Source of the DNA: Candidatus Poribacteria bacterium | GTDB lineage: Bacteria; Poribacteria; WGA-4E; WGA-3G | DNA: 64,000 nucleotides | Assembly (NCBI GenBank): GCA_965197475.1 | Contig: CBDANF010000003.1 | Span: forward strand, 96,001-160,000 | Reading direction: 5' to 3' | Part shown: piece after piece, positions 1 through 10,161 of the stretch | Numbering within the stretch: position 1 is the stretch's first letter | Layout: the number at the start of each line of letters is the position of its first letter | Notes under the pieces: generated by a model | What the model saw: only the letters and a program-made list of their open reading frames with translations | The model's database searches: none | What the model was told of the DNA's origin: nothing | Translations under genes and position numbers: made by a program

Positions 1-2
1 TT

Positions 3-959
3 CGGGGAACGCTACACGCTGATAGAGGTCAACACGAAGCCGCACTTGCTGACCTCGATACCTTCCTAAAAAATAAAACGGATTCGACAGAGGGCTACTA
101 TCATCGCGGGATACTGAAAATGTCTCTTGGTCAATATAGAACGGCTATCGCAGACTTTACGGCTGTGATACATCTTGATGTTGATAAGTATGTGGACAGC
201 TGTTACTTTCGGGGACGTGCAAAGCGTGAACTTGGTGAGCACGCTGCTGCGGTTTTGGATTATAAGACCTTTATCAAACGTAATCCGACGGCATTGCATT
301 TCTTTAGCGAACAAGCGTACAAAAAAGGAAAACGTGGTGGATTTGACGCTGCGGTAGCGGATGGTGATATTTACATACAACTCAAACCAAATGAACCTGA
401 TGGCTACCACTACCGGGGACAGATGAAAATGAATCTTAAGCAATACGAAGCAGCAATATCAGATTTTGATACTGCAATCCGGCTACAACCTGATGGAAGT
501 TATTTTTACTACCATAGAGGCCAGGCAAAGGTCGCCCTCGGTAAATACGCTGCTGCGGTTTTGGACTATGATACCGCGATCCGGATAAAACCAAATACTG
601 AGTGGTTTCATTATGATCGAGGTAAAGCAAAATTAGAAATCGATCAAAACGAATCTGCGATTGCTGATTTTGATAAGACGTTAGCACTTGAACCATTTTT
701 TACAGCGGTGTATTACTACCGGGGCATGGCAAAAGCAAATCTTGGTCGCTACACAGAGGCAATTGCGGACTACGATATCGCTATTGAAAAAAATCCACGT
801 TATACGGAAGCTATCTTCGGTAAAGCATTAGTGATAAAACAACTCGGTCAGGTTGAAGAAGCGAAGAAAGATTTAGAAACTGCATTAGAATGGGCGAAAC
901 AGAGGAAAAATGTTGAACTTCAAAACAACATTAAACAAGAATTGAAACAGTTCAAATAG
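3..959 (+). CDS. Tetratricopeptide repeat protein (5' truncated by window edge)
   Basis: Repeated YxxRGxAKxxLGxYxxAIADFDxAI TPR units. The frame is open upstream of 120 back to the window start (RGTLHADRGQHEAALADLDTFL...). Confidence 0.9.
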   Translation, partial: RGTLHADRGQHEAALADLDTFLKNKTDSTEGYYHRGILKMSLGQYRTAIADFTAVIHLDVDKYVDSCYFRGRAKRELGEHAAAVLDYKTFIKRNPTALHFFSEQAYKKGKRGGFDAAVADGDIYIQLKPNEPDGYHYRGQMKMNLKQYEAAISDFDTAIRLQPDGSYFYYHRGQAKVALGKYAAAVLDYDTAIRIKPNTEWFHYDRGKAKLEIDQNESAIADFDKTLALEPFFTAVYYYRGMAKANLGRYTEAIADYDIAIEKNPRYTEAIFGKALVIKQLGQVEEAKKDLETALEWAKQRKNVELQNNIKQELKQFK

Positions 960-1089
960 TGTGTCCAAACTTTTGTTGATATAAATTTAGCCAGGACTTA
1001 CGCACTTCATCTTAAAGTCCCCTTATCAGGGGATTGCGTTCCAAGTCCCTTGATAAGAGGTTGTGTTCCAGTCCCGCTTGCGGGATTTA

Positions 1090-1177
1090 TACCATATTAA
1101 CTCGATTATTCTTGTAGGCGCGCTTTGTCCGCGCGCTGTCTGCTCAGAAAAATAAGACAAATCCCGTTAATTTGGTA
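1090..1177. mobile_element. MITE (TACCAWATTAAC...GTTAATTTGGTA family), copy 1
   Basis: TIRs shared with copies at 4282, 8643 and 8738 and with the IS630 remnant at 11779-12842. Internal GTAGGCGCGCTTTG..GCGCGC hairpin. Confidence 0.75.
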
Positions 1178-1180
1178 TAA

Positions 1181-2322
1181 TACCATATCTAATTGACAAT
1201 ATAACATAAAGCGTATATATTCTATTGCAACCTTTTGAAATAAAGTGAGGAAGCAATGAATAAAAAAGTTCCCAAAATTACCGAGAGTGTTGAAGAAATC
1301 AAATCCCTTATGAAGTGCTCTGCCCAAAGCTATCAAAAGCAAAGGCTCTTCATGTTGTATCATTTACAAAGTGGTCAAGCAAAAAATCGTAAGCAAGTTG
1401 CCGATTTGTTAGGTGTGCATCGCACGACGATTGGAAACTGGTTGTCGTCATACGAAACAGGTGGTCTTGAAAAACTCTTAGAGCGTCGGTATCCTCCAGG
1501 GGCTGTCCCAGCTCTTACTGAAGAACAGCGCGACATTCTACGTTCTGAGTTGCAGAAACCCCATGGTTTCATCAGTTATGGAGAGATCCAGCAGTATATT
1601 GCCGATACCTTTGGTGTCACCATGAAATATAAGGCAGTTTATGCGCTTGTTCATAACAAATGGAAAGCAAAACTCAAAGTGCCGCGTCCAAGCCATATAA
1701 AAAAAACGCGGAAGAGAGTAAAGCGTTTATATCCAACTTCCAACAAGAAGTTGCCGATGCGATTGACAAGAAACGATCGGATTACCAAAGCATTCGTCTT
1801 TTCAGTGAAGATGAAACGAGATATGGTCTTTTGCCTGTTGCTAATAGGCGTATCACCTTACCAGGCATCAAACCTGTAGCGGAAATAGATTATAGTTTTA
1901 CTCAATATATCTTTATGGTGCGGTTGAACCACTGACAGGTGAACGATTTTTTCTTGAGTTCCCGTATCTGAACGCAGATTGTTTTCAAATCTTTATAGAT
2001 CAGTTTTCTGCCACATTTTCTGATAGTCTGAATCTGATAGTGCTTGATAATGGTCGTTTTCATCAGGCAAAAAAGTTGGAAATACCAGACAATGTTGTTT
2101 TGCTGTTTCTACCTCCTTATAGTCCGGAGTTGAACCCGATTGAAAGACTTTGGCAAGACATCAAAGCAAAGTTGTTTTGCCAAGTATACCAAACCATTGA
2201 AGACATGCAGACAAAAGTGACGGAGATACTGAACATTTATTCAACATTGATGATCGCGAAAATCACAGGTTTCGAATATTTTATACAAACCGCTAATGCT
2301 ATATAATCAATTAGAAATGGTA
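1181..2322 (+). mobile_element. IS630-family insertion sequence, transposase probably inactivated
   Basis: TIRs TACCATATCTAATTGA / TCAATTAGAAATGGTA. HTH ORF from 1256, A8 slippery run near 1698-1705, DDE motifs SEDETRYG, LDNGRFH and LPPYSPELNPIE. An extra frameshift near 1900 breaks the DDE domain. Confidence 0.9.
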
Positions 2323-2463
2323 TTAGAGGTTAAATACAGTAAAATAATCCGTATCTCAGTTCAATTTGCGTCCGTCCTAAAAGCAAAAGGAGAAACATCA
2401 TAATGAAAAAATTTATTGATTTCTATTTTATAGTGAACTCATAGCGAGTACGGGCTATATAAA

Positions 2464-2659
2464 TAACGTGAGTTTGATAATAATATTGGATGGACGTAGT
2501 CCGATCAAAAGTCCCCTGATAAGGGGATTTAGGGGGTTAAAAGTGCCTCAAAAATTGCTTTTCGCGCCCAAAAATACCCTTTTTTGCCAAATTTGCGTCC
2601 GTCTTGAATATTATTAAAGTCCATTTGACTCAATGAATCCTTTTATCAAGCTCACGTTA
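2464..2659. mobile_element. MITE (TAACGTGAGYTYG ends) with nested repeat and CCCCT..AGGGGATTTAGGGGG hairpin
   Basis: TIR with 16/17 match (TAACGTGAGTTTGATAA / TTATCAAGCTCACGTTA). Same end type as 11660-11738. Confidence 0.65.
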
Positions 2660-2787
2660 AGTAAAACTTTCGTGTGAAAATCGGGCTTGTAAAATCCTCT
2701 CACAAGAATATTCGGTGATAAGGAACCGTTTCTGCAAACCAGTCTAATTGCCTCGTTTTACGTGATCAGTTCATGGTATAATAACTC

Positions 2788-3666
2788 ATGCTAACCCCAG
2801 AATTTCGTACACAACTTGAGCAGCTCCGCATTCATTGCCAACAACCGTTTCGTGGGAAATTTCGGGGAGACCGTCGAAGCCTCAACCGTGGTACCGGTGT
2901 TGAATTTGCCGATTATCGCCTCTATGAACATGGGGATGACCTGCGTTATCTTGACTGGAATGTTTATGCGCGTTTGGAAAAGTTGTTTATCAAATTGTTC
3001 CAAGCAGACGAAGAACTGGCGATCTCCATCTTGATAGATACAAGCCGTTCTATGGATTTTGGTGAACCTGCAAAGTTAGACTATGCGAAACAGATTGCTG
3101 CTGCGTTAGGTTATATCGCATTAGCCAATTCTGATCGAGTGGCACTTTATACGTTAGCGGAGCGTTTATTTTCAACCTTGCCACCCACTTATGGTAAATT
3201 CCAATACTCGCGTCTTCAGAAAGCACTTGCAACAGTTGAAGCAGGCGGGACAACCCATTTGACAGAGTGTCTCAAACACCTGTCAGCGTACCAACCTCAC
3301 GCGGGGGTTGCGATCATTCTAAGCGATTTTTTGGATTCTGCAGGTTATGCGGAGGGCATCAATTCGTTGTTAGGCAGGGGGTACATGTTGACATTAATCC
3401 ACGTTCAATGCCTTGAAGAAATTGAGCCACCCCCTCCGGGTGAGTGGCGATTAGAAGACTCTGAAACCGGTGAGACAAGAGAGATTACAATCAACGAAGA
3501 GACAATCACACACTACCGAAATCGTCAAAAAGAATTCTGTGATAACTTACACCGGTTTTGCACAAAACGAGGTATCGGTTATATCCGAATAAGCACGGAT
3601 GTTCCCATTGAGTCTGTTATGTTGCAGGAACTGCAACGCGCAGGCTTTATTCGGCGAAGACATTAA
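2788..3666 (+). CDS. DUF58 domain protein (MoxR-associated, vWA-like)
   Basis: G-G-EFADYRxY..GDDLRYLDWNVYAR and IDTSRSM motifs. Confidence 0.92.
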   Translation: MLTPEFRTQLEQLRIHCQQPFRGKFRGDRRSLNRGTGVEFADYRLYEHGDDLRYLDWNVYARLEKLFIKLFQADEELAISILIDTSRSMDFGEPAKLDYAKQIAAALGYIALANSDRVALYTLAERLFSTLPPTYGKFQYSRLQKALATVEAGGTTHLTECLKHLSAYQPHAGVAIILSDFLDSAGYAEGINSLLGRGYMLTLIHVQCLEEIEPPPPGEWRLEDSETGETREITINEETITHYRNRQKEFCDNLHRFCTKRGIGYIRISTDVPIESVMLQELQRAGFIRRRH

Positions 3667-3699
3667 AGTTCATTACACATTTAGCGAGGAGGAAGCCGC

Positions 3700-4242
3700 A
3701 TGAAAAAACAGTTTGCAAAAACTACATTAGAACTGATCCAAGGGGATATTACGAAAGCGGAAGTTGATGCGATTGTGAACGCCGCGAACGAAAAACTCAT
3801 CGGCGGTGGCGGTGTAGACGGTGCGATTCGTCGGGCAGGTGGTGATGAGGTTGTAAAGGCATGCGATGATATCCGGATAAGCGAAGGCAGTTGCCCAACA
3901 GGGAAAGCGGTTATTACCACTGGCGGCAACCTGTCTGCTCAATATATCATTCATACCGTCGGTCCAATGTGGCAAGGAGGCGACGCAGATGAGCCCGTCC
4001 TTCTCGCGAGTTGTTATCGGAAAAGCCTTGCATTGGCTGTAGATAATGATGTAAATTCTATTGCTTTTCCATCAATTAGTACGGGTGTCTACGGGTATCC
4101 AATAGAAAAAGCAGCGACTGTGGCACTTCAGACAATTCGTGATTTGGCAAAAAGTAATGCTCTGATCCCACGGTTAATCCAGTTTGTTTTATTTGATGAC
4201 GCTACTTATAGTTGTTATTCAGACGCACTTTCAGGTCTTTGA
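3700..4242 (+). CDS. ymdB: Macrodomain O-acetyl-ADP-ribose deacetylase (YmdB-like)
   Basis: GDIT, IVNAAN..L.GGGGVDGAI, IHTVGP and AFPSISTGVYGYP motifs. GGAGG RBS upstream. Confidence 0.9.
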   Translation: MKKQFAKTTLELIQGDITKAEVDAIVNAANEKLIGGGGVDGAIRRAGGDEVVKACDDIRISEGSCPTGKAVITTGGNLSAQYIIHTVGPMWQGGDADEPVLLASCYRKSLALAVDNDVNSIAFPSISTGVYGYPIEKAATVALQTIRDLAKSNALIPRLIQFVLFDDATYSCYSDALSGL

Positions 4243-4281
4243 ATAATGTGAACTCTATCGTGTTGCATGAGATACAACTTA

Positions 4282-4370
4282 TACCAAATTAACTTGATCC
4301 CACTCGGTAGGCGCGCTTTGTAAACGCGCAGTCCGCCCAGAAAAATAAGACTAATCCCGTTAATTTGGTA
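4282..4370. mobile_element. MITE copy 2 with TTA target duplication
   Basis: TTA|TACCAAATTAAC...GTTAATTTGGTA|TTA, with an internal GTAGGCGCGCTTTGTAAACGCGC hairpin. Confidence 0.8.
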
Positions 4371-4485
4371 TTACCTCTCGCTAGAATTTATGAGCTACCT
4401 ATTTTTTGGAATTAAAGAGATTCAAGAAAATCCAATTGGCAGTAGATATTAACCAATGACTGTCGACAACACGGAGGGTATAAAT

Positions 4486-5937
4486 ATGATTACGAAAATG
4501 GAGAAAGGAAATCAAACAAAGTGGCAGCAGAGACAAGCGTTACTTTTGTCTCTTGCCATTCACGGTATTGCAATTATTGTGTTAGGTATCTGGTTGCTGA
4601 AACCGATCATCCAACCTACTGATGATCCGATGTACGTGGAATTAATGGATCCGCTTACCAACCAGATGAAGATTCGAGAGGATATACCTAAGCCTAAACC
4701 TAACCTTATACCTAAGGTGGTCCGCAAAGTTGAAACAAGTGGTGTGAAAGGAGCTACAAGCGCGAAGCGTATGCCCGTATCTATTAACCCTATTGAGCCT
4801 GTTCAAGGAGAAACAGAGTTTGATGCACCAGCAATGATAGAAAACGTAACGAGACTCGCACCGTCGCCCGAAAGCATTTTAGACCAATCGAAACTTGACG
4901 GTCCGGAGTTATCTGGCGGTGGCGGTCCTGCTGATGGTGTAACAACTGCCAGAGGCAAAGGTGGCACGAATACAACAGGACTTGCTGAGCGCGGCAAGGG
5001 AAGTTCAGGATTTGGTAATTTTTCTAAAGGGACTGGCACAGGATCTGGATATGCTGATTTAGGTGAAGGATACGATAAGTTACGAACCATACGGGATGAT
5101 ATCGGTGATAAGTTAGGTGCAATCTTGGAAGGTAGTGGACCTGATCTAAAGGGACATATCCGCATAATCCGAATGAAACATGCGCTCAGTGATTGGTGGC
5201 AAGATCCTACTGCGATCCCTTCTCTTATTAAGTGGTTACAGGATAACACCCCTATACGTGCGGATATGAGTTTCGCTGGCGGAGCGTTACCATTGACTGA
5301 TCCAAGGATTTTGGACGCGCCGCTTATAATTATGACAGGACACGAGCGGGAAATGACTAACAACCGTAATATGATGCGTGGTGATCCAATGAAACCTGGT
5401 TTTTCGGAGGAAGAACGTGCCGCATTACGGAAATATGTACTTGAAAGAGGTGGCACGTTATTCTTTGATGACTGTGGTTTAAAGGCGACGTTTTCCAATC
5501 TTATTGAGGATGAACTGCGCCGGATATTTCCTGAGTATGCTTTAGAAAAACTACCACATGACCACGAAATCTATCAAATATACTACGGTCTTAGTAAACC
5601 ACCTGAAGGTGGTGAGGTCTTTTGGCAAAGTGAAAATAATGCGCGACCAACAAAATATAAGTTTCATCGCGGAATATATGTGCCACGGACACCTGGTGCA
5701 AGGAAACAACCGAATCTAACTTATAAAGATACAAAAGGAATTCTCCGCACTACAAATAGGCTGGGTGTTATTTTCAATAGAAAAGATTACCTCTGTGCTA
5801 TGGAGACAGCAGAGATAGAATCCAGAACAGCACTTCGGATGCGGCGTTCTACTGATGTTTACCGTTTCATGACGAATCTGATGATTTATGCAATGAAGTA
5901 TGGTGGTAACACTGACCGTTCTAAGTATAAAGATTAG
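4486..5937 (+). CDS. Membrane-anchored DUF4159 domain protein
   Basis: N-terminal TM helix, Pro/Gly-rich linker, C-terminal DWWQDP..L, MTGH, LRKYV..GGTLFFDDCG and DYLCAME motifs. Paralog of 24754-26241. Start placed at ATG 4486 after GGAGG. Confidence 0.8.
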   Translation: MITKMEKGNQTKWQQRQALLLSLAIHGIAIIVLGIWLLKPIIQPTDDPMYVELMDPLTNQMKIREDIPKPKPNLIPKVVRKVETSGVKGATSAKRMPVSINPIEPVQGETEFDAPAMIENVTRLAPSPESILDQSKLDGPELSGGGGPADGVTTARGKGGTNTTGLAERGKGSSGFGNFSKGTGTGSGYADLGEGYDKLRTIRDDIGDKLGAILEGSGPDLKGHIRIIRMKHALSDWWQDPTAIPSLIKWLQDNTPIRADMSFAGGALPLTDPRILDAPLIIMTGHEREMTNNRNMMRGDPMKPGFSEEERAALRKYVLERGGTLFFDDCGLKATFSNLIEDELRRIFPEYALEKLPHDHEIYQIYYGLSKPPEGGEVFWQSENNARPTKYKFHRGIYVPRTPGARKQPNLTYKDTKGILRTTNRLGVIFNRKDYLCAMETAEIESRTALRMRRSTDVYRFMTNLMIYAMKYGGNTDRSKYKD

Positions 5938-6131
5938 TCAATGCGCTATCCGATGTCGGTATTTGCTGGTTGTCAGAGCATTTTGGTAGATGCGCCACGT
6001 TTCGTCAAAGGTAGGTTTCCGATTCAACCCCGAATTATAAAACATTATCAAACCTATTCCTGTGTCGATTATACTTACAAAGCACAGAGGCTGCGGAAAA
6101 TATCTCGCGCTCCCAAGGGAGTCATCTTTAA

Positions 6132-7310
6132 TTGGCATCTAGCAATTTTAGCCGAGCTACATTAATTCTGCCCATCTATCTTCCCGCGTTGCTTCTTTCA
6201 ACAGGCGCGGGCATCATCTCACCGACACTCTCTATTTATATCAAATCGTTTGAGTTGTCTTATACCTTGACGACATTCGTAATTGCGGTCGGCGTTGTAG
6301 GGAATATACCTGCAGGGATTTTGGTGGAACGGATAGGTAGAAAGCCATCAATGTTGCTGGGATTGGTGGTGATAGGTGTTTCAGCCATTGCGATGGGAAC
6401 TGCGCAGCATCTTTTTCAGCTTATCGGTGCGCAGCTGATTGGAGGTATCGGTAATGCATTATGGATGCTCTCTCGACATGCCTATATGACAGATGTAATT
6501 CCACTGGCGAAGCGGGGAAGGTCTATCGCTCTATTTGGCGGTGTCAACCGGATGGGGACCTTCGCTGGAAAGTTCGGTGCAATTTTCCTTGGGGTGAACT
6601 TACGCCTTCCGTTCTTCGTGTATACCGTAATTGCGTTGTTGACGCTAATTATCTGTTTCTTCTCTATACCCGAAACAAAACAGGAGCCAAAGGTTCAACC
6701 GCAAAAGACACAACCCTATCTAACACAACTTATCCAAGTATCTAAACGTCATTTTAAGCTCTTAGCAACAGCAGGTGTTGGGCAGGTCTGTGTCCAAACA
6801 CTGCGGCGCGGATGCCATATTATCATCCCGCTCTATGGTAAAGATGTCCTGGGATTAACCACTCGAAATGTACGCTTGGTGGAGATGATTTCTTCGGCTG
6901 TTGATATGTCAATGTTTCCAGTTGCAGGGTTTATGATGGACCGTTTCGGCAGGCGATACGCCACAGTGCCAGGTATTTGTATCTTTGCTACAGGTATGGT
7001 TTTGATGCCGTTTACACATACATTTACACCACTGCTACTGGCAGCAATTTTAATGCGATTTGGTAACGGAATCGCATCAGGGACAATGATGACACTCGGT
7101 GCAGATTTGGCACCGAAAGAAGGGACCGGAGAGTTCCTTGGATTGTGGCGACTTACCGGAGATTTTGGAGGTTCTGCGGGTCCTGTCGTTGTTGGAAATA
7201 TCGCAGATGTGCTTGGACTGGGTTTTTCTGGATTCGCCTTAGGTGGGATTGGTTACCTTGCTGTCGGTATCTTTCTCTGGTTAGTTCCAGAGACGCTGCA
7301 AAGAGAATGA
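6132..7310 (+). CDS. MFS transporter
   Basis: About 12 hydrophobic segments. Motif A-like G.LVERIGRK and GFMMDRFGRR. Confidence 0.9.
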   Translation: MASSNFSRATLILPIYLPALLLSTGAGIISPTLSIYIKSFELSYTLTTFVIAVGVVGNIPAGILVERIGRKPSMLLGLVVIGVSAIAMGTAQHLFQLIGAQLIGGIGNALWMLSRHAYMTDVIPLAKRGRSIALFGGVNRMGTFAGKFGAIFLGVNLRLPFFVYTVIALLTLIICFFSIPETKQEPKVQPQKTQPYLTQLIQVSKRHFKLLATAGVGQVCVQTLRRGCHIIIPLYGKDVLGLTTRNVRLVEMISSAVDMSMFPVAGFMMDRFGRRYATVPGICIFATGMVLMPFTHTFTPLLLAAILMRFGNGIASGTMMTLGADLAPKEGTGEFLGLWRLTGDFGGSAGPVVVGNIADVLGLGFSGFALGGIGYLAVGIFLWLVPETLQRE

Positions 7311-7312
7311 GA

Positions 7313-7398
7313 TGCCGGGAAAGGGACTCGAACCCTTACGCGCGAACTGCACACTAGAACCTGAATCTAGCCTGTCTACCAAATTCCAGCACCCCGGC
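7313..7398 (-). tRNA. tRNA-Leu (anticodon CAG), CCA not encoded
   Basis: Reverse complement GCCGGGG...GGTAGAC..CTAGA-TTCAGGT-TCTAG, long variable arm, GGTTCGAGTCC T-loop, TCCCGGC-A acceptor end. Confidence 0.95.
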
Positions 7399-7577
7399 AT
7401 AGAGAATACTACAGTATACACAGATTCCGATGAAAAGTCAAATTAAATGAGGAAATATGGTATAATATTAATTCAACGCAAGAATGGTGGAACGGTGCCA
7501 CAAACGGCATTAGGTAAACCTTCTGTTCAAGAATTGAGGTATACGGATTTGTATCAATTTGTATCAAAGGACAAAAA

Positions 7578-8642
7578 ATGAAACGTTTGATTTTTGAAGA
7601 TATATATAGTTGGTCAGTATTTAGTGAAGCACGACAGATTGACTTTAACGGACATCTATGGGTTAGGGACGAGGGAAATATCCTGATTGATCCAGTTCCA
7701 ATATGTGATGCTGACCGCGCCCAATTTGAACAACTTGGCGGTGCGAAGTGGATTGTTATTACAAATCGCGATCATGAACGGGAAGCAGCTGAGTTTCAGG
7801 AATGGACTGGCGCAGAAGTAATAGTGCATGAAGCAGATGCGGATTTGCTGGATATTAAACCCTCACGAACGATTCGTGAGGGCGAAACCATTGTGTCTGG
7901 ATTAAAGGCAGTCCATCTTCCGTTTGGAAAAAGTCCTGGAGAAATCGCACTCTATTTTTCTCAGAAACAGGTAATCCTCTTCGGTGACCTTGTTGCTGGC
8001 GAACCGATGGGACGTTTAACACTCCTCGCTGATGAAAAATTAGAAGATGCTCCGAAAGCAGCGATGCAACTTCGCAAGCTGTTACCACTGGATTTCAAAG
8101 CAGTTCTCGTTGGAGACGGACATTCTCTCTTTAGAGAGGGTCGGCAAGAATTGATAGAATGTCTGCAGGAGCGCAGCGACATATATATCAATCGCATCAA
8201 TATTGATGAAATGGAATGGTTGTATAGGCAGGGGGCACCACACCCTTACGACTTTGAGGAAAAAAATATTGATCCGCTTATCGGTGCCAAAAATATAGGA
8301 TATTGTGCTTACCGTCTGCATCCGGGTAAGGCGAGTTTCCCGATGCACTTTCACCACTTCAGCGAGGAGATGTGCTACGTAATGGAAGGAACGTGCACTC
8401 TCAAAACGCCTCAAGGCGATGTTGAAGTGCGGCAAGGCGATTTTATTGCGTTTCCCACCGGTCCGGTCGGCACGCATAAGTTCGTAAATGATGGTGAAAT
8501 GCCTGTTACGTTACTCATATTCGGTGCTACCACGCCACATGATGTGTGTGAATATCCAGATTCCAACAAGGTCCTACCGTTTGCTGTTCGGGAAATTTAC
8601 CGTAAAGGTAAGAGTCTTAGTTATTGGGATGGTGAGGTTTAA
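7578..8642 (+). CDS. MBL-fold domain fused to C-terminal cupin domain
   Basis: ILIDP, ITNRDH, GKSPGE, FGDL and LVGDG (MBL-like). The cupin half has PMHFHHFSEEMCYV..G and GTHKFVN. Confidence 0.8.
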   Translation: MKRLIFEDIYSWSVFSEARQIDFNGHLWVRDEGNILIDPVPICDADRAQFEQLGGAKWIVITNRDHEREAAEFQEWTGAEVIVHEADADLLDIKPSRTIREGETIVSGLKAVHLPFGKSPGEIALYFSQKQVILFGDLVAGEPMGRLTLLADEKLEDAPKAAMQLRKLLPLDFKAVLVGDGHSLFREGRQELIECLQERSDIYINRINIDEMEWLYRQGAPHPYDFEEKNIDPLIGAKNIGYCAYRLHPGKASFPMHFHHFSEEMCYVMEGTCTLKTPQGDVEVRQGDFIAFPTGPVGTHKFVNDGEMPVTLLIFGATTPHDVCEYPDSNKVLPFAVREIYRKGKSLSYWDGEV

Positions 8643-8838
8643 TACCCAATTACCCCGATTTGTAGCGCGAGGTCTCCGGGTCCTCCTCACAATGCTGACT
8701 TTATCCGAAAACTCCGAATCAAGTTAATGTGGTATTATACCCAATTAACGGGATTTGTCCTATTTTCCGGACGGTAGGTACTGTTTCCTAACCGCACCTA
8801 ATACCAAGAAAAATGAGATAAATCAAGTTAATGTGGTA
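8643..8838. mobile_element. Two tandem MITE copies (8643-8734, 8738-8838), reverse orientation
   Basis: TAA|TACCCAATTA...GTTAATGTGGTA|TTA|TACCCAATTAACGGGATTTG...GTTAATGTGGTA|TTA. The ends match the 1090/4282 family. Confidence 0.7.
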
Positions 8839-9509
8839 TTACAACAACACACCAACAAAAATCTGTTATCTTCTATTTTTTCTATCTCCTTGAAAATGAG
8901 ATGTTTCTCAATGATGTGTTTAGCAAAGGCGACTGTCCAAAAATAGGTGGGGTATGCATACGAACCTTTTTCAGGAATTGTGATGTGCCCTCCCATTGTA
9001 CCGGTCAGCGCATCGTAGCGTTCAAGAATACTATCCTCTCCCGCACTCTTAATGAATTCATCGTGCATAGTAATTACGAAAAGACCTTTATCTGATAGAA
9101 TTCGTTTAAGTTGACCTGACAAACTCGCCAGTTCTTGGTATGATAAGTAAAGATGATTATGAGGGAGTATCGCAAAATCGAAAGAATTCTCTTTGTATGG
9201 CAGAGAAGTTATATTCCCGATATTAAATTGGCATTGACTTTTTCTTTTTTGTGCGACCTCTCTGGCATGGAGGATTGGGATTTCTGCAATGTCAATACCG
9301 GTTGCAATTGCTCCCATGTCTTCCATGGCAAAAGTAAACCGTCCTGCATTACAGCCTAAGTCTAATGCATGCATACCGGGTTGTATCAACTTACGCAAGT
9401 GTTTTTCGTACCTATCAACAGCAAATTGTGACTTTGGATTATCAGGGTCGGTTGTTGGGTGAACACCAGAAGCGTTATACATTTTCCGAATCGTATCAAT
9501 TTTATTCAA
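8823..9509 (-). CDS. Class I SAM-dependent methyltransferase
   Basis: ALDLGCNAG, GIDI and LPYKENSFD motifs. Confidence 0.88.
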   Translation of the reverse strand: MNKIDTIRKMYNASGVHPTTDPDNPKSQFAVDRYEKHLRKLIQPGMHALDLGCNAGRFTFAMEDMGAIATGIDIAEIPILHAREVAQKRKSQCQFNIGNITSLPYKENSFDFAILPHNHLYLSYQELASLSGQLKRILSDKGLFVITMHDEFIKSAGEDSILERYDALTGTMGGHITIPEKGSYAYPTYFWTVAFAKHIIEKHLIFKEIEKIEDNRFLLVCCCNTTLT

Positions 9510-9573
9510 TTCTTTATTTCCTTAGAATCATGAATTTCGTTCAGATAGAAAGGTATCTGTATTTTCCTACCAT

Positions 9574-10143
9574 CTAAAACTGAAGCAGAATTAATGGTTG
9601 AACCTTTATCTGTTGATAGGTTCCCTCTGTAACATGCTCTGAAAAGAACGGATTGAAAAACATGTCTGCGGTTTTCAAAAATTCAGGTAAATTTATACCC
9701 ATATAGTTGTTCCTTGCATCACCACATTCATCAACAACTTGCCGTAATTTATCACGTCCAGCCGTAGAGAGTGTGCGCAACGGTCGCAGCATTCGCATGT
9801 GATACTTAATTAGTGAGGCAGATACTTGTATTAGTCCTTGCAGGAAGAGGCGATACGTATCTTCCGCTTGATGCCACAACCCTTCCCAGGCTTCGTGTGC
9901 CTCCCACCAATACGCAAAATTGTATAGGTCAACGCCATATAAATATGCCTCGTTCTGTTTCCACATATTTGGTGGAAGCGGCGTTTCATCATGTTCTTCT
10001 TTCACGCCGTAACTGTGTCCGAGTAGGTCGTGAATCGGATGGGGTGTTGTGCCAGGGATATGTCGATATGGTGGAAACGGCACTTGTTGACAATATCGAT
10101 GCCAATTTGGATTGAAGGGTTGGGGTTGTTTGTGATTGTCCAT
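9574..10143 (-). CDS. DUF309 domain protein
   Basis: GVDLYN...WWEAHEAWEGLW and FLQGLIQ motifs. Confidence 0.88.
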   Translation of the reverse strand: MDNHKQPQPFNPNWHRYCQQVPFPPYRHIPGTTPHPIHDLLGHSYGVKEEHDETPLPPNMWKQNEAYLYGVDLYNFAYWWEAHEAWEGLWHQAEDTYRLFLQGLIQVSASLIKYHMRMLRPLRTLSTAGRDKLRQVVDECGDARNNYMGINLPEFLKTADMFFNPFFSEHVTEGTYQQIKVQPLILLQF

Positions 10144-10161
10144 ATTCTATTGAAGTTTGGA

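Larger units (their letters stand above)
993..2378. mobile_element. MITE-like shell (ends AGGACTTACGCA / TGCGTCCGTCCT) enclosing a REP cluster, a MITE and an IS630
   Basis: Terminal inverted repeat with 10/12 match. A related element without the IS lies at about 2488-2606. Confidence 0.5.

Noticed and set aside
2387-2444. AAGGAG plus 13-codon ORF MKKFIDFYFIVNS
   Set aside because: Too short to support. It lies between MITEs and is probably a gene stub.
4803-5498. Long antisense ORFs (4803-5498, 25287-25799, 42756-43247 and similar)
   Set aside because: They lie opposite well-supported genes, with no motifs or RBS.
7313-7398. tRNA-Leu as an integration site
   Set aside because: No duplicated tRNA 3' end and no integrase seen. 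The tRNA abuts the MFS stop codon.
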